IMG/VR virus record: IMGVR_UViG_2602041884_000001
Coordinates: 10,432-74,431 of that record
Origin: a virus
Taxonomy: Duplodnaviria > Caudoviricetes
Reading direction: 5' to 3' (one strand)
Length of the DNA: 64,000 nt
Numbering within the stretch: the first letter of the stretch is position 1; each line of letters starts with the position of its first letter. Under the pieces are notes generated by a model, which worked only from the letters and a program-made list of their open reading frames with translations, was not told the DNA's origin and searched no databases. Positions 53,632 to 59,946 of the stretch are shown here, piece after piece. A program made the translations under genes and the position numbers.

Positions 53632-54570
53632 TCAGGCCTTGGCTGCACCCTTAACCTGCTCGTCCGAGTAGCCGGGGATGATGCCCTCGATGGTGCAGTT
53701 CGCCGCGTCACCCTTGGGGAACAGACGGGCCGAGATCGCACCCGAGCTCGGGTGGTCGTCACCGTACTCTTCCGAGGTGTGATTGACGATCTGCGACACG
53801 GTCAGGAACTCGCCGGGCGCGAGGCCCTCGAACGCCGACGTGATGTGCGCTGCGACGTCACGCCGGGTGCCGGTGTAGCTCGAGCGGGTGCCGGTGGCTG
53901 CACGGGTGCCGCGCTTGCCGAGACCCTTGCCGTTGAACAGCTTGACGGCTGCGGTTGCCAGACCGTCGAGTTCCGGGGCCTCGCCCTTGTCCTCGTCGTC
54001 CGACTCCTGCCAGTCGAGGTACGCCCGTGCCTGGTCGAACGCGCTGGTCGTCGAGGGGACCTCGAAGCCTTCCACCTCTTCGGTGGCACGCTCCTCGAGG
54101 AGCTCCTTGGCCAGTTCCAGGGCTGCGACACGCTCGCCGTACGCGATCTTCGGGTCGACCTTCGGCGCTGCAGGCTTCGGCTCGGCCTTGGTCACGATCA
54201 GCTTGTCGCTGATCTCGTTGAACGCGACGGCCTTCTGGTACTCGCGACCGTCGAGGGCAGCCTTCATGCCGTCCTGGACGTAGTTCTTGGCGAGGTTCTT
54301 GTACTTGATCCCGCCGTTCACGGCCCGGTACGCCTGGCTGATCGCGTCGAGGTCAGCCTCGCTCACGGTGCCGGTGCTGGGGTCCGAGGCCTCCACGGCG
54401 TTTTCCACGACCTGCTTGAATGACTCGACTGCGGGCATGTGCTCCGCGTCCTTGGCGGCCTGCTCGTCGGACTTGTCCGCCACGGGCTCGGCGGGTGCCT
54501 GTGCCTCTTCGGTGACGAAGCTCTCGTCGGTCACGTCGTCGGTCTGGTCGAAGATGTCGGTACGGCTCAT
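53632..54570 (-). CDS. abundant hypothetical protein (acidic, possible C-terminal DNA-binding domain)
   Basis: ACAGGAGG RBS before ATG 54570; extreme codon bias; own promoter. Confidence 0.8.
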   Translation of the reverse strand: MSRTDIFDQTDDVTDESFVTEEAQAPAEPVADKSDEQAAKDAEHMPAVESFKQVVENAVEASDPSTGTVSEADLDAISQAYRAVNGGIKYKNLAKNYVQDGMKAALDGREYQKAVAFNEISDKLIVTKAEPKPAAPKVDPKIAYGERVAALELAKELLEERATEEVEGFEVPSTTSAFDQARAYLDWQESDDEDKGEAPELDGLATAAVKLFNGKGLGKRGTRAATGTRSSYTGTRRDVAAHITSAFEGLAPGEFLTVSQIVNHTSEEYGDDHPSSGAISARLFPKGDAANCTIEGIIPGYSDEQVKGAAKA

Positions 54571-54639
54571 GATGTCTACCTCCTGTGTAGGGTGACCGAT
54601 CGTCACTTTTGTGTCGATCGGGGTAATGCGTTTTGGTGC

Positions 54640-54687
54640 TGCATTCGTTCGTAAACTAACTATAACTCGGCCCACGAACGAATGCAA
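54640..54687 (-). promoter_or_regulatory. promoter TTGCAT-17-TATAGT within a 13-bp inverted repeat
   Basis: TGCATTCGTTCGT / ACGAACGAATGCA arms. Confidence 0.75.
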
Positions 54688-54694
54688 CCCGGTA

Positions 54695-54976
54695 CTAGCT
54701 CGTTGTGATGTAGATCACAACGTCGTTTTCCTGCCACCATTCGGTGCCGAGTTTTAGCTCCGCACCTAGCACGGTCCACAAAAACCTCGTAGAACGGTGG
54801 GTGTTCGACAATCGGACGATCGCCCGACCCCAGTGAAGTGCTTCTGTTAGGTTAGGCTTTCTGATCGTATCGATCAGCCTACCGTTCTTCCACACCTTGA
54901 TTGTGTAGGGCACCTCGCGGTCCCACGTCGCCACTAGGTGACTAGGCACCTGCGGACACGGCTGGAGTTCCGTCAC
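54695..54976 (-). CDS. hypothetical protein
   Basis: 4-bp overlap. Confidence 0.6.
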   Translation of the reverse strand: MTELQPCPQVPSHLVATWDREVPYTIKVWKNGRLIDTIRKPNLTEALHWGRAIVRLSNTHRSTRFLWTVLGAELKLGTEWWQENDVVIYITTS

Positions 54977-55071
54977 GGCTTGCGCCGTTCGCGCCAGTCG
55001 TTCACGTAGACTCCCACGATGTAGAGAACCACGTAGCCGACCAGGGCGAGGAACAGGTGAAGTCCGTTCAC
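54973..55071 (-). CDS. small membrane protein (32 aa)
   Basis: GTG at 55071; one TM segment; overlaps on both sides. Confidence 0.6.
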   Translation of the reverse strand: MNGLHLFLALVGYVVLYIVGVYVNDWRERRKP

Positions 55072-55337
55072 AGTCCCACGCTCCAGAACCAACACGTACC
55101 GTTCGTGCGAGTCGCGTCGGCGTACCACGCGGTGCCGTCCGAGTATGCGATCAGTTCCGCGCCGAACGGCGACACGTAGGGCGACTCGTCCTCGTGCATG
55201 AAACGAGTCCCGTCGTTGTCGATCTGCGCACCCACGCACGGAAGTGCGACGGTGTGCGATGATGCCTGGGCCGGTGCCGCCACGGGCGCGACCACGAGGG
55301 CTGCGCACGCGACGACCACGCTAGCGAGTTTCTTCAC
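55068..55337 (-). CDS. secreted protein
   Basis: MKK + hydrophobic core + AQA signal peptide. Confidence 0.75.
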   Translation of the reverse strand: MKKLASVVVACAALVVAPVAAPAQASSHTVALPCVGAQIDNDGTRFMHEDESPYVSPFGAELIAYSDGTAWYADATRTNGTCWFWSVGL

Positions 55338-55492
55338 TTGCGCACCTCGTTGGCGAACACGAATCCCACGATCGGGGCGAGGCTGGTGGACATCATGCGA
55401 TCGACCTCACGACGCTCGGAGGCGGACAGGCGGCGACCACGCTTGATCTGGTTGTTCACGCGGGTGCTGTTGCGCTTGATGGTCTTGGACAT
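55334..55492 (-). CDS. small basic protein
   Basis: AAGGGAG RBS before ATG 55492. Confidence 0.65.
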   Translation of the reverse strand: MSKTIKRNSTRVNNQIKRGRRLSASERREVDRMMSTSLAPIVGFVFANEVRK

Positions 55493-55584
55493 TGGAACTC
55501 CCTTGTTAAAGGTGTTGGTTGAGTCGGGCGACTCCCTATGTACACCTACCACGTGGGTAGATGTACATAGAATAACGTCCGAGT

Positions 55585-55749
55585 CTAGTCGTTGGTGAAC
55601 GTGAATACGATACCGGGCGTGCCACACTGGGCGCACTTGCCCTTGTTCCACGTCCACGGGGCGTCGGAGTCCATGTCCGGTTCGTCGCCGTACTTCTTCT
55701 CGAAGTCGACCGAACACATGGGCACGTGCTTGTCAAGTGTGATGGTCAT
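55585..55749 (-). CDS. small hypothetical protein (54 aa; not in ORF track)
   Basis: GGAGG RBS; MTITLDKHVPMC..CAQC. Confidence 0.65.
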   Translation of the reverse strand: MTITLDKHVPMCSVDFEKKYGDEPDMDSDAPWTWNKGKCAQCGTPGIVFTFTND

Positions 55750-56045
55750 GCCTCCACCTGCATCCCGGTCGTCATGACGATCAGGCGCATGAGGCCTTCC
55801 ACGCGTGCGAGGTTTTCGGGTGTGGTGTTGAGGGGCGTGATGCCGAGTTCCATGAGGTATTCCGTCGCCACGTCGGCGAGGTCGTCCTCGAAGTTCGATG
55901 CCACGTTCGGTGTGGGCGAGTCCGCGTAGTGGGACTTCAGACCCTCGGTCACGTCCGCCACGATCTTGTAGACGTCGTGGTCGATCTCGGTCGCCCGGGT
56001 CTGCCCGAGCATGGCCGTGGACACATGGACAATGCTTGCGTTCAT
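55746..56045 (-). CDS. hypothetical protein
   Basis: AGGGAG RBS. Confidence 0.75.
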   Translation of the reverse strand: MNASIVHVSTAMLGQTRATEIDHDVYKIVADVTEGLKSHYADSPTPNVASNFEDDLADVATEYLMELGITPLNTTPENLARVEGLMRLIVMTTGMQVEA

Positions 56046-56086
56046 TTGAGTCTCCCTAGTTAAAGGTGGATTGGAACTTTCTGCTC

Positions 56087-56128
56087 CGTTGGTAGTACTA
56101 GTGTATCACGCTAGTACTACCAACGCAA
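56087..56128 (-). promoter_or_regulatory. promoter TTGCGT-17-TACACT within a 15-bp inverted repeat
   Basis: CGTTGGTAGTACTAG / CTAGTACTACCAACG. Confidence 0.75.
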
Positions 56129-56163
56129 CACTGGATTTATGTGATCCAGGTTCACGTCGAACT

Positions 56164-56637
56164 TTAGGCGGCGAGTTGTACCACGGCCGCCCGGTAGCGT
56201 TCGGGAACTTCCGTTAGGATGAACCGAACCGGGTTGATCTGGTTACGCGCCCGATCGTACCACGTGCGCACGTCCGCGTCAAACTTGGTGTTACGCTCGT
56301 TTTCGGACATTGTGCGGGTGGACGTACCACGACGCTTTTTGACGGGCGCGACGGGGCGCTCGTTTTCGTGCCCGAAGAATGCGATCTCGGACTCGACACG
56401 TTGTGCGGGTGTGGCATCCCACGACAAATCGTCGGGGTGCACAACCCTGCCCACTGGTACCGTGGACTTGATCGACTTGATACCACGTTCGGTATCCCTC
56501 GCGTTCAACTCGTACGGCAACGGTCCAAGATTGGCCGATTGTGCCGTTTTTCCGGTGACCATTCCGGGCGTACGGGCGGTCACGCGAGTTTCGCGCATGA
56601 TGCCGTAGCCGTGTCCCACGAGGTTGTGTTCCATCAC
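56164..56637 (-). CDS. early hypothetical protein
   Basis: GAAAGGG RBS; own promoter. Confidence 0.7.
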   Translation of the reverse strand: MMEHNLVGHGYGIMRETRVTARTPGMVTGKTAQSANLGPLPYELNARDTERGIKSIKSTVPVGRVVHPDDLSWDATPAQRVESEIAFFGHENERPVAPVKKRRGTSTRTMSENERNTKFDADVRTWYDRARNQINPVRFILTEVPERYRAAVVQLAA

Positions 56638-56681
56638 GCTACCCTTTCGGTGTAGTAGGTTGTTCGTTCGTTGTTAGTACT

Positions 56682-56711
56682 AGTCTAACATGAACTAGTC
56701 GGTTGTTGCAA
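56682..56711 (-). promoter_or_regulatory. promoter TTGCAA-18-TAGACT
   Basis: TG extension; followed by AGTAC like its neighbours. Confidence 0.7.
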
Positions 56712-56739
56712 CCGGCTAGATCAAATTAGGTTAGGACTT

Positions 56740-57057
56740 TTAGACCATGTGCCGTGATGCGTAGTCGTCCGCCCACGCGGCGAAGTTTTCGTGGTCCATC
56801 GTGCCGATGAAAGTTTCCACGGTCGTATGCGACGGACTACCCATGATGTAGGCGTGGACACGCCCACGGAACTCGTTGTATCGCACGGCTACGCCGGTGG
56901 CCGAGTCGTTGTGCCACACCATGACACGGGTCGTGTTGTTGAACATGAACTCGTCGCGCAAGATTTCACGCAACGTGTCACGTTCGTCGGTGGGCAATTC
57001 GCGGATAGCGTGTTCCACGATAGCGTCCCGAAACTTTTCCATATCGGCGTACGACAT
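56740..57057 (-). CDS. early hypothetical protein
   Basis: AGGTG RBS; own promoter. Confidence 0.7.
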   Translation of the reverse strand: MSYADMEKFRDAIVEHAIRELPTDERDTLREILRDEFMFNNTTRVMVWHNDSATGVAVRYNEFRGRVHAYIMGSPSHTTVETFIGTMDHENFAAWADDYASRHMV

Positions 57058-57096
57058 GGTGCACCTACTTTCGTAGTGTTGTTGTTGTGTGGTACT

Positions 57097-57125
57097 AGTG
57101 TATCACATAGCGAACCTAGACGCTA
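57097..57125 (-). promoter_or_regulatory. promoter TAGCGT-17-TACACT
   Basis: GTGATACACTAGTAC is identical to the 56.1-kb promoter. Confidence 0.65.
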
Positions 57126-57157
57126 GTTCTAGGGCCACTAAATGCACGCTAGTGGTA

Positions 57158-57397
57158 CTAGGTGTTGCGGACGTTGATCGACATAGCGCCGTTCATGTCG
57201 TTGTCGAATAGGAACAACCGACGACCATAGATCACGTCGGTACGTGCCGGTGCCAATTCGTAGGCGTTCTCGTTGGTGAACGACACCACGTAGGCGTAGG
57301 CGTCACGGTAGGACTCGAACCGCCCCGCAACCCAATCGCGCCCACCCACCGAACGTTCAAAGTCGTCCACGTGCCGGATTACTACGTAGTGTGCCAT
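57158..57397 (-). CDS. early hypothetical protein
   Basis: AGGA RBS. Confidence 0.65.
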   Translation of the reverse strand: MAHYVVIRHVDDFERSVGGRDWVAGRFESYRDAYAYVVSFTNENAYELAPARTDVIYGRRLFLFDNDMNGAMSINVRNT

Positions 57398-57517
57398 GGT
57401 ACTAGATCCTATCCCATCACGTTAGTGATGTAGTGGTGCACCCACGGGTTGTGGGTACTAGTGCACGGTTAACCTATGACGGTTGTAGGGCTAAACCCTA
57501 CCGCGCGTTGTGGTACT

Positions 57518-57546
57518 AGTCTAACACGTAGCTAGTACTAGTGCAA
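57518..57546 (-). promoter_or_regulatory. promoter TTGCAC-17-TAGACT
   Basis: TGTTAGACTAGTAC is identical to the 56.7-kb promoter. Confidence 0.7.
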
Positions 57547-57547
57547 C

Positions 57548-58000
57548 CTATCGGGCGTGCGCACCCGCGCCGGTCCGGCGTGCGCGTGTAGCGGGTCGCG
57601 TGCCGCGCATCACGCGACGGTCGTTCATCGCGCGCATGCGGTCCGACGTTGCACGGGCACGTAGTACCACATCCATGCGCGCGATGTAGGCGACGGTTGC
57701 AACGGTCACATCGTAATCGATCGACCATGTATCGATGCAATCGACGCACACCGTTTCGGTGTGGTGGCACGTGGTACTAGCGGCCATTGGGACATCCGCG
57801 TTCACGCCGTCGATGGTCATGGGTGCCGTGGTACTAGCACCATCCGCCCATGACCAACCACCGTTGCGGTATGCGGTCGATCCCGGGCAATGGTGGTCAC
57901 CATCGTGACCCGCGTCGAGAAGACAGTCCACCCCCATGTTTGCGCGAGTCGGATGGGGCGCGCGGCATCGCGCGGGTCGGGAAACTTCGTTTTTGTTCAT
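57548..58000 (-). CDS. early hypothetical Cys/His-rich protein, probably leaderless
   Basis: ATG is 6 nt downstream of the -10; C..C.L..GH.G.H and C.H..CxxC motifs. Confidence 0.65.
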   Translation of the reverse strand: MNKNEVSRPARCRAPHPTRANMGVDCLLDAGHDGDHHCPGSTAYRNGGWSWADGASTTAPMTIDGVNADVPMAASTTCHHTETVCVDCIDTWSIDYDVTVATVAYIARMDVVLRARATSDRMRAMNDRRVMRGTRPATRARRTGAGAHAR

Positions 58001-58006
58001 AACTAC

Positions 58007-58035
58007 AATCTACATGGTGGTACTAGTCATGTCTA
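58007..58035 (-). promoter_or_regulatory. promoter TAGACA-17-TAGATT
   Basis: Spacing predicts a transcription start at or next to ATG 58000. Confidence 0.6.
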
Positions 58036-59004
58036 GTCCAAACGCGAAATAACTCGTGTGATCTATTTAACAGTCGTGACGACTTGGCAAATAGACCCGC
58101 GCGTGATAATGCAAATCTTTCGTTCGATGGTCATCGAACTTGTTTTGTGGACTCGAAATGTGGACCGGCGTCGTGGCATCCATCTTTTGCGATTACACCC
58201 CGCTGGTTGCAACGCTGGCGGGCGGAATGGGGGCCGCCGGTACTATGTAGCCGATTGGGGACTCGTGCCGCGTACGGGCCATATGGCGGCCAGCAATTGG
58301 GGCTTGACATTGGGAGCAAAGTTTGATCTACCCGGCGGGTCGGAGAAAGCTCTCTGCTTAGTTTGCGGTAACCAAAAAAATATTCTGAGATCATAGGTAG
58401 TACCACACAGGCAATGTAGGAAAGAATGACCAGTTAATGGTGCAATGGTGTTAATTGTGCCTACCAGGATCGTGGGAATAAGATGGAAATTAGTAAGTAC
58501 GAACGTATGTTCTAATTTTACGATTGCCTACGGTTGTTTTGGATTCTCAGCCCGTCTACCTGCAGGAATAGGAATATGTAAATAATAATAACTATATATA
58601 GATATACACCTACCTTGTTACTCGTCAGGTCTGGGGTACCCGTAGCTAGTACCACACCCACAGGCTTGCTTCTTACTACATCTTCACCCATCTATACCGG
58701 ACCCCCCGGTTTTGGTTCTACGGTTATCGAAAAACACCCCGTGACCTGCGAACTAAACCGAAATCGGGGGTGTTTTTATAGTGCGGTTTACGGTTACACC
58801 TTTTTACGTTCACTGACTTTCCCCATGACCGAACGCCCACCCGCTGGCCGGAATCGTACATGTGTTCTAATCCGAAAACGTGGAGCCGTCTCGGGCCGAA
58901 GTAAACTATAATAACTGTAAGTAGATGTTTACGGTTTACTTCCGACAAAGAGGAAACACCCGCCGACCCCTGGAGGGAAGGCGGGTGTTCGATCGATGTT
59001 CGAT
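58036..59004. other. ~1-kb non-coding region (candidate genome terminus or origin)
   Basis: No convincing ORF; AT-rich core near 58567-58606; inverted repeats near 58731-58777 and 58955-58989. Confidence 0.55.
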
Positions 59005-59238
59005 TTACAGGAGGCCTTGTTCTTGCATCTTGTTGTAGAGCTCGTTCGACTGGATTGTGAGCTCTTCTACCTCGGCCCCGAGTGTCAAAGTCTCGACGTA
59101 CTTGAGCTCGAGCTTCGTGATCGTCGCGACGTACTCCTTCACGACATCAGGCATCCGCTCGAGCTTCTCCGGAGGGAACGTATTTCGGACCCTCTTTAGA
59201 CTGTCGAGTATCTGGATCGTACTGTAGGTGTCCGTCAT
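59005..59238 (-). CDS. hypothetical protein
   Basis: Last gene of the operon; followed by a hairpin. Confidence 0.65.
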   Translation of the reverse strand: MTDTYSTIQILDSLKRVRNTFPPEKLERMPDVVKEYVATITKLELKYVETLTLGAEVEELTIQSNELYNKMQEQGLL

Positions 59239-59239
59239 C

Positions 59240-59689
59240 TCATCGACCCGGTAGGATCAGTGTCGATCCAGTCTGCTTGAGCACCTTCGGATACGTCAAC
59301 CCCTTGCCGCTGAAGATTCGCTCCATCGAGGTAGCCCGGTCCGCGTCGTCCCCCAGTACGTGCCCCAAGATTGAGCCCAGCGCCGAGGTCGCTCCAGCCA
59401 CTTCGCTCAGCGCGATCGCCAAGCCTGAGCGCTCCTTGGGGTCGGTGGACAGCCGGAGCTTCACATTGAGCTTCTCGTAGAGCGCGCCGTGGTAAGCTGC
59501 GCCGTTCTCGATCAGCTGCATCAGCGACTTGATTGCTTCTGCCGACATCTCCGCGTCGACCGTGACACTCGGCGCTCGCAGAATCTGTGCGGCTCGATCC
59601 AGATTGGCCGCGTCTTCAGCGTCGCCATTCTCGATCATCTCCGCGACCGCGCTGACCAGGTAGTCGAGTGCTTCTTCTTTGGTTTTCAT
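59240..59689 (-). CDS. hypothetical protein
   Basis: 4-bp overlap. Confidence 0.7.
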   Translation of the reverse strand: MKTKEEALDYLVSAVAEMIENGDAEDAANLDRAAQILRAPSVTVDAEMSAEAIKSLMQLIENGAAYHGALYEKLNVKLRLSTDPKERSGLAIALSEVAGATSALGSILGHVLGDDADRATSMERIFSGKGLTYPKVLKQTGSTLILPGR

Positions 59690-59946
59690 GCAACCTTATC
59701 CTTCTTCTTGAGTGATTCCTTGTGCTCGGCAAGTCGCTGACTGAGGTACATATCCTCGATCGGCGTCCTGGAGGCCGTCCCTGGTAGGCGCACTCGGTCT
59801 CGGTTTGACTTCGTGCACAGTGGCCCCTTGCAGCCCTTGTTGTATCCGCTTGGCCTGCCGTGTAGGTGTGACGGGATTGTCTGGTCTTCGAGCTCGGCGT
59901 CGACCCGAGCCACAAGGTCGGCCAGAAGCTTCTCGATTTCGTTCAC
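59686..59946 (-). CDS. hypothetical protein (HG..GY..GCK...C motif)
   Basis: AGGAG RBS; motif common in actinophage small proteins. Confidence 0.7.
   Translation of the reverse strand: MNEIEKLLADLVARVDAELEDQTIPSHLHGRPSGYNKGCKGPLCTKSNRDRVRLPGTASRTPIEDMYLSQRLAEHKESLKKKDKVA

Noticed and set aside
56164-58000. Stop-codon reassignment as the cause of TAG enrichment and missing Gln codons
   Set aside because: The ORFs are intact in the standard code, TAGs are intergenic, out of frame or true stops, and no suppressor tRNA was seen.
58058-58948. Short ORFs in the 58-59 kb gap
   Set aside because: No RBS, atypical codon use and mutually overlapping frames; treated as non-coding.
58985-59003. Third SOS-box-like site
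   Set aside because: The half-site spacing does not fit GAAC-N4-GTTC.
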